Position numbers and translations under genes: made by a program. Under the pieces are notes generated by a model that was given only the letters and a program-made list of their open reading frames with translations, had not been told where the DNA came from and ran no database searches. This document shows, in pieces, positions 8,899 to 17,760 of a stretch of 64,000 bases of DNA; the stretch's first letter is position 1; each line of letters opens with the position of its first letter. This DNA comes from Escherichia phage rV5_ev147. Where the stretch lies: the sequence record LR597647. The stretch is one strand, 5' to 3'.

Positions 8899-8924
8899 CA
8901 AAAGTGTTATTAATCTGATATTAT
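8895..8924 (+). promoter_or_regulatory. Sigma70-type promoter
   Basis: TTGACA (8895-8900), 18-bp spacer, TATTAT (8919-8924); precedes ORF 8958. Confidence 0.5.
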
Positions 8925-8957
8925 CGGTCAGATATCTATAAACTAGGAGAACTAGAT

Positions 8958-9266
8958 ATGCTTAAAATTTTTATTGTTGAAGATAAAGATATTGTCCAGT
9001 TGTATGCAAACGAGAATCATAAAGGTATGATTCTGAAGAAGGCAAGCAACCTTCATGAAAACACAATTCAACCTGGCGATGTAATTAAGATCTGTGGTTA
9101 TATGATATCAGACTCCTTGATGAAAATAACCCACCACTGGGGGTCTAATCCGTTCCTTTTTGAAAAGTATTGGGATGTTGAGTCACTTATTGCAGAGAGT
9201 GATGATGCATTCCATTACAGCATCCAACCATCTTGCAGAATAACTAACAGGAGGGTCTTTGAGTAG
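8958..9266 (+). CDS. Hypothetical protein
   Basis: ORF with AGGAGAA SD downstream of predicted promoter. Confidence 0.45.
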   Translation: MLKIFIVEDKDIVQLYANENHKGMILKKASNLHENTIQPGDVIKICGYMISDSLMKITHHWGSNPFLFEKYWDVESLIAESDDAFHYSIQPSCRITNRRVFE

Positions 9267-10398
9267 AGAATATCCACTTATTGAGTCCATAGATTGTCTG
9301 GCTGATCTTCTTGAACCTGACGCTATAGTTTATTATGACTTCGATCAGGTTGCATATCAAGCTGCAGCAAGTTGTGAAAAAAGGACAATTGAGGTAACAC
9401 ACAAAGCCTCCGGACGTAAGAAGATGTTTAAAACACGAACAGAGTTCTGGGGGCGGCAGAAGAACACCGTTGGTGGTTGGTTAAAAGCTGAGAATACCAA
9501 CCGTGAAGCTGCATGTAAAAAGGCTGGCAAGGAGTTTATTCCGTGGACACGAGAAGATTTCGATGTCTTGGATATCCAAACCCCTGATCCTGTAGAGAAC
9601 TGCTTGCACACAATTAAGTGTAAAGCTAATGCAGTCCTTAATTATCTCGGTATTCCGGAAGATCGGTGCGTGGGGGTACTTGGAGGCACAGGTAATTTCA
9701 GACTAGATCTTCCCATGCCGGAAAGATATAAAGCCAACCGTAACAATACTCTTCGACCACTGCTGCTTGGAGATGCAAGACAGTATCTCCAAAAGCAGTA
9801 TAATGCTCAAGTGATCAACGGTATCGAGGCTGACGACTGGTTAGCTATCCAGCAATTTGAAGGTTGGAACCACTACCAAAAAACAGGTAAGTTCAACAAG
9901 TTTATTATCTCTATTGATAAGGACCAAAGAACACTACCGGGGCTTGTGTTCGATCCCATGCGAAACGATAAGGGAGATTTTGTAAGAGAAACCCCTATGC
10001 TGATCGATAACGGTATGGGGAACATCTTCATGAAGCCTAATGGAGAGGTTGGTGGTTACGGAATGCTGTTCTTCGGATACCAAATGCTGTGTGGTGACTC
10101 TGCTGACAACATTAAGCCGTATCAAGGACTTATCGGTAAGGGTAAGTTCGGAGATGCCTCAGCATTCTACCTACTGTCTCAGTGCAGCACTCCAAAGGAG
10201 ATGTGGGTGGCTATTATTGATCAGTACAAGAAGTGGTTCCCAAAAGGTGTTGTTAAGTATACTGACTTCAATGGTATTGATCGTAGAATTTCCGTAGGTC
10301 AGTGGATGAGTATAATTTTTGACTGTTTGTATATGAAGCGAACATTCAATGATCAAACAAAACTTGTTAACGTTCTTAGAAATGTTGGAGCAATTTGA
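9259..10398 (+). CDS. 5'-3' exonuclease / flap endonuclease, T4 RNase H-like
   Basis: YKANR, GIEADDWLA and ISIDKD parallel T4 RNase H YKKNR / YEADDHIA / ISSDGD. Confidence 0.6.
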   Translation: MSREYPLIESIDCLADLLEPDAIVYYDFDQVAYQAAASCEKRTIEVTHKASGRKKMFKTRTEFWGRQKNTVGGWLKAENTNREAACKKAGKEFIPWTREDFDVLDIQTPDPVENCLHTIKCKANAVLNYLGIPEDRCVGVLGGTGNFRLDLPMPERYKANRNNTLRPLLLGDARQYLQKQYNAQVINGIEADDWLAIQQFEGWNHYQKTGKFNKFIISIDKDQRTLPGLVFDPMRNDKGDFVRETPMLIDNGMGNIFMKPNGEVGGYGMLFFGYQMLCGDSADNIKPYQGLIGKGKFGDASAFYLLSQCSTPKEMWVAIIDQYKKWFPKGVVKYTDFNGIDRRISVGQWMSIIFDCLYMKRTFNDQTKLVNVLRNVGAI

Positions 10399-10730
10399 TG
10401 ACTAAAAATTCTGTAGATAACGCAATTATGGAAGCTGTTTTTGAGGATGATCACACAACAGGGACACTTAAAACAAAAAATACATTCGTTGTTGCCACAG
10501 GTATGTGGCGGTTGTATGAAGATGACACCATTTCATACATCCTGTACACGGATGATTACGCAGATGACCGTGTATGGTCTGCTGTTTTAAAAGAGGATTG
10601 TGAGCTGATTGAGGGCGAGCGGTTATGCATGTTCACCAGTGTGGAAACAGATGTTAAGCTTTGCTCTCTCGTATTGTTCAAAGATAAGGCTTATGCTCCT
10701 GATGAAGGAGAGGAGGATGAGGAAGCATGA
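10395..10730 (+). CDS. Hypothetical acidic protein
   Basis: ORF, acidic C-terminus EGEEDEEA. Confidence 0.4.
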   Translation: MMTKNSVDNAIMEAVFEDDHTTGTLKTKNTFVVATGMWRLYEDDTISYILYTDDYADDRVWSAVLKEDCELIEGERLCMFTSVETDVKLCSLVLFKDKAYAPDEGEEDEEA

Positions 10731-11356
10731 GAGAGCGTCTATTATCCATAGACCAGTCGTTGACACACACAGCTTGCGTTGTATGGGACGATGGAAAGCC
10801 TGTTCATAAGGTTGTGTTACGAACTCAAAGCTCATCTGCAAAAGAGAAGAAACCAGGGACGGTTTCTTTTGCAACAGCTGCTGAGCGTATTGACTGGATC
10901 TGCAAACAGGTCAGATATTATATCCACACGCACGGCGTTGACACTGTAGTTATGGAAGGGCTTTCCTTTGGATCACGCGGGGATGCCACACGTGAACTGG
11001 CTGGGTTGTTTTACGGTCTTGAAGTTATGCTTTGGGATGCCTTAGCTGATTGTGAAAATGACGGCCTGTTTAAGGTCCACACAGTGACACCAACAACTGC
11101 CAAAAAGTTTGCTCGTGGTCATCTTCCTGAGGAACTTGCTTTCGAGGAGAAGAAAAAGCTTGACAAAAAGACAGGTAAAGAGCATACTGTGAAGAAACCT
11201 GTTACGATGGATAAAAAGTTGATGGTTAAGGCCTGCGAAGTATCTGAACCTGGGTTCCTAGATGGGATCAATTTGGTACAAGGTAAGGCCGATCTCGCAG
11301 ATGCTTATTGGATAGGCAGGGCGCATCTGGAGGGATTATCGCAAAGCGTAAAATAA
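10727..11356 (+). CDS. Putative RuvC-like resolvase (RNase H fold)
   Basis: LSIDQS, VVMEGLSFGSRG, acidic residues spaced as in RuvC/YqgF; weak. Confidence 0.3.
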   Translation: MRERLLSIDQSLTHTACVVWDDGKPVHKVVLRTQSSSAKEKKPGTVSFATAAERIDWICKQVRYYIHTHGVDTVVMEGLSFGSRGDATRELAGLFYGLEVMLWDALADCENDGLFKVHTVTPTTAKKFARGHLPEELAFEEKKKLDKKTGKEHTVKKPVTMDKKLMVKACEVSEPGFLDGINLVQGKADLADAYWIGRAHLEGLSQSVK

Positions 11357-11913
11357 GAAAGAAAGCTGTCAAAGCCCCCGTTCATAACGGGTGGTTAAAA
11401 GATTCTAAGGACATAGCCAACTTTCGAAAAGAATTGTCAGAGGAGCAGGATGGTCTTGATCCTATCTTGTGCGAGCCACTTCGTAAGCCTTGTTTGGATC
11501 ATGACCATCTGACTGGTCGTTGCAGGGGTGTTTTGTCCCAATGCACTAATACCTTTGAGGGGTATGTGCTTAAATACTGGATGAAATACTGTAACGAGTA
11601 TACAGATTGCAGTTTATCAGAGGCGTTGCGCCGGATGGCTGACTATTTGGAGAAAGACTACAGCGACTCCCCGCTCCACAAAAACTACAGAGATGATATG
11701 ACAAAGTTCTTGAGGAGATGCTCTAAAGCTACGATCATTGCACGAGCAGAATCAGATCTCAATCTTGTCATTAATCCGGAGTGCACCAAGCATGAGGCTA
11801 TTGAGTTCTACATGCAGGAGTTTATAAAGAAAACTGAGGAGAGAGATTTCTATGGGGATGAAAAAGGTATTCAATCCTTGCGATTCAGTTCTGATCAGGA
11901 TGAAATACCGTAA
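11308..11913 (+). CDS. Recombination endonuclease VII-like protein
   Basis: CLDHDHLTGRCRGVLSQCTN matches the T4 endo VII zinc/HNH core; start is non-ATG and uncertain. Confidence 0.65.
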   Translation: MDRQGASGGIIAKRKIRKKAVKAPVHNGWLKDSKDIANFRKELSEEQDGLDPILCEPLRKPCLDHDHLTGRCRGVLSQCTNTFEGYVLKYWMKYCNEYTDCSLSEALRRMADYLEKDYSDSPLHKNYRDDMTKFLRRCSKATIIARAESDLNLVINPECTKHEAIEFYMQEFIKKTEERDFYGDEKGIQSLRFSSDQDEIP

Positions 11914-12073
11914 CTGGAAAGGTGTTGTTGCAGATCGCTGCGTTACTGAACCTAATTTATGGTTTGGCTCTACAGAGTATCATAAAGAAGAGCAGTGGTT
12001 GATGCGTGCCTTCGATGTAGACAAGGGCGAATATCGTGACTTCGCTTTAAAAGACATTCTTCAGTTTTACTAA
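11852..12073 (+). CDS. Hypothetical protein
   Basis: ORF between endo VII and the exonuclease gene. Confidence 0.3.
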   Translation: MGMKKVFNPCDSVLIRMKYRNWKGVVADRCVTEPNLWFGSTEYHKEEQWLMRAFDVDKGEYRDFALKDILQFY

Positions 12074-12085
12074 GGAATCTTAACG

Positions 12086-13069
12086 ATGATGACAAAGTTA
12101 ACTCTTGAGCAAATTTTAACACTAAAGCAACAGGGATACACTAATAGACAAATTGCTCGTGAATTTTTAGGCCGTGAGTCACGTGAGAGCTGGATCCGAC
12201 TACAGCTTAAACGTGCACAAGAGAATATGTCAGAGATTGTAGGAGAAGCAACGGAGCGCTTCCTTGAAGAGCACAAAGGTGCTAAAGTTTGGGTGTATGA
12301 TACAGAGACATCTCCAACAAACGGCTGGTTCTTTGGGCACTATAAGACCAACATTCAAACCTGCGGTATTGAAATTATGCCCTACATGCTAACTTTCGCA
12401 GGTAAGTGGTTAGACAGTCCTAGTGTGGTTGACTGCGCTCTTCCTGATTACAAAATGTGGGATGAGGATATTCACAATGATCTCGAATTGATTCAGGATT
12501 TGTGGTATTATCTGGATAAATGTGATGTCGCAGTAGCCCACAATTCAGGTTTTGACTGTGGGTGGGCCAACCAACGATTTGCATTTCACGGATTGCCTCC
12601 AACAAGCCCCTACAAAGAGGTTGACACCCTTAAAATGATCAAGAAGGCATTCCGTTTGAATGCAAACACTTTGGAGTATGCATGCAAATACTTCCAACTT
12701 GCCCGACAGAAACTGATTGACCACACATTTGAAATGTGGATCAAGTGTGTTCACGGTGATCTTGAGGCGTTTAAACAGATGCGGGAGTACAATGTTGGCG
12801 ATATCCTATCTCTGGAAGGCCTGTATTTGCTGGCTCGCCCGTTTGCTAAGCAGCACCCCAACATGTCATTGTACTACCAGGATGAGGAGCCAAAAGTTCG
12901 TTGCCCACGCTGTGGTGGAGAACACCTTCACGAGGAAGAAGCTTTGGCGTATACTCAACTGAGTGCATTTAAAACATACCGCTGCGAAGGTTGTGGATCT
13001 GTTGTTCGTGACCGTAACAACATCCGCACCAGAGAAGAAATGAAAAATACCCTGATTCAGATAATCTAA
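12086..13069 (+). CDS. DEDD-family 3'-5' exonuclease with C-terminal zinc ribbon
   Basis: VWVYDTETS and HNSGFDCGW exonuclease motifs; CPRCGG...CEGCG ribbon. Confidence 0.5.
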   Translation: MMTKLTLEQILTLKQQGYTNRQIAREFLGRESRESWIRLQLKRAQENMSEIVGEATERFLEEHKGAKVWVYDTETSPTNGWFFGHYKTNIQTCGIEIMPYMLTFAGKWLDSPSVVDCALPDYKMWDEDIHNDLELIQDLWYYLDKCDVAVAHNSGFDCGWANQRFAFHGLPPTSPYKEVDTLKMIKKAFRLNANTLEYACKYFQLARQKLIDHTFEMWIKCVHGDLEAFKQMREYNVGDILSLEGLYLLARPFAKQHPNMSLYYQDEEPKVRCPRCGGEHLHEEEALAYTQLSAFKTYRCEGCGSVVRDRNNIRTREEMKNTLIQII

Positions 13070-13077
13070 CAATTATA

Positions 13078-13105
13078 GGGAGGCTTGCGCCTCCCTTTTC
13101 CTTTT
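13078..13105 (+). terminator. Rho-independent terminator
   Basis: GGGAGGC-ttgc-GCCTCCC followed by TTTTCCTTTT. Confidence 0.5.
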
Positions 13106-13114
13106 GGAGGCACT

Positions 13115-13933
13115 TTGAGCAAGAAAGAGTCCAACGACAAATACTACACAAACCCTGAGTATGCAGAATATCTTGTTGGTAAAGTAAAAGATAAGTATGG
13201 GAATTGTGCATACGTTGAGCCTTCTGCTGGAAGGGGTTCTTTTTCAAAACTATTTTCAGAGATACTGTCGTACGATTTAGTACCAGATCCTGAATTTGAA
13301 GGACCAACACCGTGCATTCAGGCAAACTTCTTGGAGGTGCATCCCAAGGCAGATGTCTTCATAGGTAACCCACCATTTGGCAAGAATTCATCCTTAGCTT
13401 GCAAATTCTTTAACCATTGTGCATCATTGCTAGAGCTTGGAGGGGCTATAGCCTTCATCTTGCCACGGACATTTGAAAAAATATTTTTTGCAAACAAACT
13501 GGACATGTCGATGCACCTTGTCTACAGCGAAAGGTGCCCTAAGAATTCGTTTTTACTTAATGGCAAACCTTATGACGTGCCATGTGTTTTCCAAATTTGG
13601 GAGAAAAAGGCGTGCAATAGGGATCCTGTAGAGATTGGAGAGAATAAGTTATTTTCTTTTAGCACACCAGATGACTACGACTTCTGTGTAAGACGTGTTG
13701 GGTATAATGCTGGAAAAGTATTGGGGGATGATGACCCAAAATCTGAAGAATCAACATATTTCATAAAATCTTTAGTTAACGGTGTTGACAGAGTGTTTGC
13801 TGAATGCTATTCTTCTTTTCAAGAAGAAGCAGGTAAGACTGCTGGAATGAAGAGTATAGGTAAGAAAGAACTACAATACATTTTGGAGACCAGGTATGAT
13901 CAAAAGCATAGACTTGACCAAAGAACTTACTGA
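13115..13933 (+). CDS. N6-adenine (or N4-cytosine) DNA methyltransferase
   Basis: Motif I-like EPSAGRGSF and motif IV FIGNPPFG; start moved to in-frame TTG 13115 after GGAGG because the longer ORF begins inside the terminator. Confidence 0.55.
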   Translation: MSKKESNDKYYTNPEYAEYLVGKVKDKYGNCAYVEPSAGRGSFSKLFSEILSYDLVPDPEFEGPTPCIQANFLEVHPKADVFIGNPPFGKNSSLACKFFNHCASLLELGGAIAFILPRTFEKIFFANKLDMSMHLVYSERCPKNSFLLNGKPYDVPCVFQIWEKKACNRDPVEIGENKLFSFSTPDDYDFCVRRVGYNAGKVLGDDDPKSEESTYFIKSLVNGVDRVFAECYSSFQEEAGKTAGMKSIGKKELQYILETRYDQKHRLDQRTY

Positions 13934-14354
13934 TGCAAAAGCTTTTGGTGAGACAGCGGTACAAAGAGGACAGGCGATGGGACTGGCACTACCTTTCGTC
14001 TTAAAAGAGCACTTTACAGATTTTCAACTTATCAAAGGTGATAAGGGAATGCTTATCCTGGAGCATAAGTTGAGTAAGAAACGCTATAAAGTCGTTTTTA
14101 ATTCTAAAGCTCCAACAAAACTGGGATTCAGAACTTACAATCTTAACCCATCCTACACTAAGGGTGTTGGAAGGGTAGAACAACAGCATTTCAGTGCCAG
14201 AGCTTCTTTAGCCCCTTTGATGCTAAATTTCTCAGGGGTGGCTTTAGGATACCTTGATAAGAAAAGGGTTCTTCATGTTCGTTTCACAGACTTTGTAACG
14301 CTTTTAGCTAACAACGAGGTTGATGAGAAGGGACGTGTAAAAACAAACTTCTAA
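13896..14354 (+). CDS. Hypothetical protein
   Basis: 152-aa ORF; no motif recognised. Confidence 0.4.
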   Translation: MIKSIDLTKELTDAKAFGETAVQRGQAMGLALPFVLKEHFTDFQLIKGDKGMLILEHKLSKKRYKVVFNSKAPTKLGFRTYNLNPSYTKGVGRVEQQHFSARASLAPLMLNFSGVALGYLDKKRVLHVRFTDFVTLLANNEVDEKGRVKTNF

Positions 14355-14369
14355 TAACGCATAGTATGA

Positions 14370-14573
14370 TTGGAGACCGAAATGACACTAGAGTTAACAA
14401 TTCCAGACAGCTTTTCAGAAAACTTTATCCCAGAAATGATGAGTAAGATGCGATCATTGCTTGATCAGATTGAGGAGGTTGTTTGGGAAGACGATGCTGT
14501 AGTGGCTAACGAGCTGGTAGATAAGTGTAAAAGTATTATTGATGCAGTTGAAGAATACCACGGAGGTTTTTAA
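14370..14573 (+). CDS. Hypothetical small acidic protein
   Basis: ORF with GGAGACC-like SD. Confidence 0.35.
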   Translation: METEMTLELTIPDSFSENFIPEMMSKMRSLLDQIEEVVWEDDAVVANELVDKCKSIIDAVEEYHGGF

Positions 14574-15187
14574 TGGATATTATTGTTCTTAACGCCCCAC
14601 CCAGCAGTGGTAAGGATCACATTGCAGATCTCTTGTTGGAAGCTATTCCTAACTCACACCACCGTGAGGTTAAGGAAATGCTCTTCAGTGTGGCAATTAA
14701 GGCAGCTGGTGTAACTCCTCAACTCTGGAATGCACTTTATGACCGCCACTACAAAGAAGAGCCTTGCCCTTTCTTAATGATAGACGGCAAGCATGTTTCT
14801 CCGCGAGAATGGATGATCCATTGTAGTGAAAATCTGATTAAACCTATCTTTGGTGAAGATGCTTTCGGTAAAGCCGCAGTCGCATCTTTGAAGAAAGATT
14901 TCCCTGAAGGTAAAGGGGTTATTGTTTACTCCGATGGGGGATTCAAAGAGGAGCTGGCATGCCTTAGCGAGTACGCATACAGCACAGGTGGAGATCTGTT
15001 GTTGTTCCGTATTCACCGTGTAGGATATGACTGGGGAAATGATTCCAGAACCTATCTAAGTCTGGAAAAGAACGGAATAAAAGGGGTTGAGTTTGATGTT
15101 GTAAACCCTGAAGGTGCACCTTGGGAGTGTGCATCGGAGATTGTGTGCAAGTATATTGATGCTAAAGAGGCCCAAGAAGAATGTTAA
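14573..15187 (+). CDS. Putative deoxynucleoside monophosphate kinase
   Basis: N-terminal P-loop variant NAPPSSGKD resembles T4 gp1 SGKD. Confidence 0.45.
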   Translation: MDIIVLNAPPSSGKDHIADLLLEAIPNSHHREVKEMLFSVAIKAAGVTPQLWNALYDRHYKEEPCPFLMIDGKHVSPREWMIHCSENLIKPIFGEDAFGKAAVASLKKDFPEGKGVIVYSDGGFKEELACLSEYAYSTGGDLLLFRIHRVGYDWGNDSRTYLSLEKNGIKGVEFDVVNPEGAPWECASEIVCKYIDAKEAQEEC

Positions 15188-15774
15188 TCGGAATTGATGT
15201 AGATCTGACACTGGTAGATTCAGGAACAGCATGGTGGGAGTGGTTGGAGCGTTTGTATGGTCCAGCCAGTAAGACAGTAGCTAAACCTTCTAATGGGCTA
15301 ATGTATTACGATCTGTCAAAGTATTGGCCTGATCGTCCCAAAGAAAACATCATAGGACCTTTTGATTTCTGGAGTGATCCGTTCCTCTACGACTTCCTTA
15401 AGCCTGAAGAGGGGGCTATTGAGGTTATGAAAGATTTGGTGGCTCGTGGTCACAAGCTTGCATTTATCTCGGTATGCAAGAAAGGTCACCTTGCATCTAA
15501 ATCAAGGTTCTTAAAGCGTTGGACCAGTGATTTTATGGATCTGGACGATCACACCCAGGGCCACGGCTTCTACGCCACACATTTCAAAGGGAATGTGGCT
15601 GTAGATGTTATAATTGACGACAGGCATGAATACCTGAACCAATTCGCTTCACGACCTGAAGTTATTAAAATCCTAAAAGATACGCCTTATGAGCAATTCG
15701 AGGAGTTAAAGGTCAGTGTTGACTATACCGCTAATAGCTGGTATAAAATAGGAAAATTTTTAGAAGGTATTTGA
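15181..15774 (+). CDS. HAD-superfamily hydrolase (possible 5'-nucleotidase)
   Basis: HAD motif I IGIDVDLTLVDS; later IIDD motif. Confidence 0.5.
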   Translation: MLIGIDVDLTLVDSGTAWWEWLERLYGPASKTVAKPSNGLMYYDLSKYWPDRPKENIIGPFDFWSDPFLYDFLKPEEGAIEVMKDLVARGHKLAFISVCKKGHLASKSRFLKRWTSDFMDLDDHTQGHGFYATHFKGNVAVDVIIDDRHEYLNQFASRPEVIKILKDTPYEQFEELKVSVDYTANSWYKIGKFLEGI

Positions 15775-15775
15775 A

Positions 15776-15976
15776 ATGGGCAGATGTTCTAAAGGTGGCG
15801 ATCCTGTAGTCAGATACGGTGACTGGCTAGAGGTGTATGATCTAGGAGGTAAGCTAGTGTATGCCTCTAGGATCACCCAAGATATGTGCTCTGACATGTT
15901 CAACAGATACCTTGCATTTAAGGCCAACATAAACCCAGACGAAATTTCCAAAATTAAAACAAGGAGAGCTAAATAA
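15776..15976 (+). CDS. Hypothetical protein
   Basis: 66-aa ORF tightly packed between HAD and thyX. Confidence 0.35.
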   Translation: MGRCSKGGDPVVRYGDWLEVYDLGGKLVYASRITQDMCSDMFNRYLAFKANINPDEISKIKTRRAK

Positions 15977-16959
15977 TGCTAAAACTGTGCACTGCAAAGA
16001 TTATTGCTGACAGCATTTCCGAGAAAGGTAAGCGTATCACCACTTTTGAACTAGAGTATCCTCGAATTATTCACTCAGAGCTTATGACGCACCGAGTGTT
16101 CAGCCGAAACGCCATGTCTTCCCGTGCAGTACCTGTCGGCAAGATGCTGCAACAGATTGTGGAGAATCCGGCAATGCCAGTTCGCTTCGGTGTAAATAAG
16201 CGAGGAATGGAAGATGGTGGGGAACACGATCAAAAGATCCGTGTAGAGTACACTGACATGGAGCTAACTCCTGAAGAGTTTTGGAAAGAAGCTGCAAAAA
16301 ACGCCGCTTGGCATGCAGAGAAGTTCGCCCTTGCTGGTTACCATAAGCAAGTATGTAACCGCTTAGTGGAGCCGTTCCAGCGCATGAAAACAGTTGTAAC
16401 AAGCACCGAGTGGAATAATTTTTTCCACCTCCGTTGCTGGCACGATGCGGATCCTACGATTCAGATGTTAGCTAATTGTATGTGGGAGGCTCTTGAGAAT
16501 AGCACTCCTGAAATCCTTAAACCGGGTCAATGGCACACCCCATATGTAGAGCACGTTTATTTGGACGGAGAGTTTAACTACGCTGTACGTGACACAGAAG
16601 GAAAGCTCTGCATTCTCGATACTAAAGAAGCTCTGTCTATCAGTGCTAGTTGCTGTGCACAAGTATCTTATCGAAATATTGACAGCACGTTTGAAAAGGC
16701 AGATAGTGTGGCTAAAAAATTGATTGGTGGGGATCGTATTCATGCAAGCCCTTACGAGCACCAGGCAACACCTATGGATCACGATAACGCAATGGAACGT
16801 TTAAACTACTACCTGTCTTCATGTGAAATCACACAAGACATCAGTACTTGGCAGGAAGGTGTAACCCATCAAGACCGTGATGGTAAATTCTGGTCTGCCA
16901 ACTTTTGTGGGTGGGTTCAGCACAGACAACTGCTTAATAACCACTTCGTGAAAGGTTAA
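15976..16959 (+). CDS. thyX: Flavin-dependent thymidylate synthase (ThyX-like)
   Basis: HRVFSRNAMSSRA resembles the ThyX RHRxxxxxxS signature; protein is longer than typical ThyX. Confidence 0.55.
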   Translation: MLKLCTAKIIADSISEKGKRITTFELEYPRIIHSELMTHRVFSRNAMSSRAVPVGKMLQQIVENPAMPVRFGVNKRGMEDGGEHDQKIRVEYTDMELTPEEFWKEAAKNAAWHAEKFALAGYHKQVCNRLVEPFQRMKTVVTSTEWNNFFHLRCWHDADPTIQMLANCMWEALENSTPEILKPGQWHTPYVEHVYLDGEFNYAVRDTEGKLCILDTKEALSISASCCAQVSYRNIDSTFEKADSVAKKLIGGDRIHASPYEHQATPMDHDNAMERLNYYLSSCEITQDISTWQEGVTHQDRDGKFWSANFCGWVQHRQLLNNHFVKG

Positions 16960-16988
16960 TCCTATCACAGCGATAGGTAACTTTTGTG

Positions 16989-17018
16989 TTGACTAATAGT
17001 ATTAGATAATCTATAATA
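16989..17018 (+). promoter_or_regulatory. Sigma70-type promoter
   Basis: TTGACT (16989-16994), 18-bp spacer, TATAAT (17013-17018). Confidence 0.5.
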
Positions 17019-17057
17019 ATGGCTCACTTTGTTGGTGAGCCAGAAATGGAGACAGAT

Positions 17058-17519
17058 ATGAGTAATGTTATGATTCCTAAAAAGACATTTATTTCAGTTA
17101 CTTTAGATTTTCTATCTACCGTCCCCGGGTTTAACGTTCGCACACGAAACGGTCTCCGAGCTGCACTCTTTGCCGTAGGGTTTGATTTAAAAAGTATTGA
17201 TGTTCTTCGTGGAAAAAACGTTCGATGCAAAAATAAGCCAACACATTATCGAAAGGCAGATGTATTTGCTGGTGTCATGCGTGCAGACTTTAGATACCCA
17301 CAAATGTATAACGGTGTAGATATTTTAGATGTAGATAAAGCACCTGGTGAGGCAATGCTTGTTCAAGATCTCCCGTATGATATCCCTGTAGAGGATCGTG
17401 TTAATGTAAGAAAGTATACAAAACAATCTGAAAAGGCTGAAGATATTCATATTGTTGATGAACCTTTCAATTTTGAAGATCTGCATCGCCTGGAAAAATT
17501 ATTCGGTATTGAAAGCTAA
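17058..17519 (+). CDS. Hypothetical protein
   Basis: Start refined to ATG 17058 downstream of the promoter. Confidence 0.4.
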   Translation: MSNVMIPKKTFISVTLDFLSTVPGFNVRTRNGLRAALFAVGFDLKSIDVLRGKNVRCKNKPTHYRKADVFAGVMRADFRYPQMYNGVDILDVDKAPGEAMLVQDLPYDIPVEDRVNVRKYTKQSEKAEDIHIVDEPFNFEDLHRLEKLFGIES

Positions 17520-17529
17520 GGTGGTGAAG

Positions 17530-17760
17530 ATGAGTCATAACTCCAAGTGGAAGGATCTTGGTTTTGCAAGTCGGGCAGAGTATGTTGGTTGGCTTTGGTT
17601 CAATGGCCTGACAAACGATATTAAAATGTATGATGATGTCTATTATGACGAGTATACAGGTAAAATTATAAATATCTCTGTAGAAGAGGATACTTTTATC
17701 CAGCAAGATACTGATACCTGCCTTGATAAATACGTTAGTGAAGTGGAGGAAGCAAATTGA
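17530..17760 (+). CDS. Hypothetical protein
   Basis: Start refined to ATG 17530 with AAGGTGGTG SD. Confidence 0.4.
   Translation: MSHNSKWKDLGFASRAEYVGWLWFNGLTNDIKMYDDVYYDEYTGKIINISVEEDTFIQQDTDTCLDKYVSEVEEAN

Noticed and set aside
843-12962. Numerous 60-130 codon antisense or alternative-frame ORFs in the track lying wholly inside larger genes (for example 843-1076, 1319-1714, 6029-6649, 9357-9611, 12717-12962)
   Set aside because: They overlap well-supported genes on the opposite strand or another frame, lack SD sequences and give compositionally odd translations.
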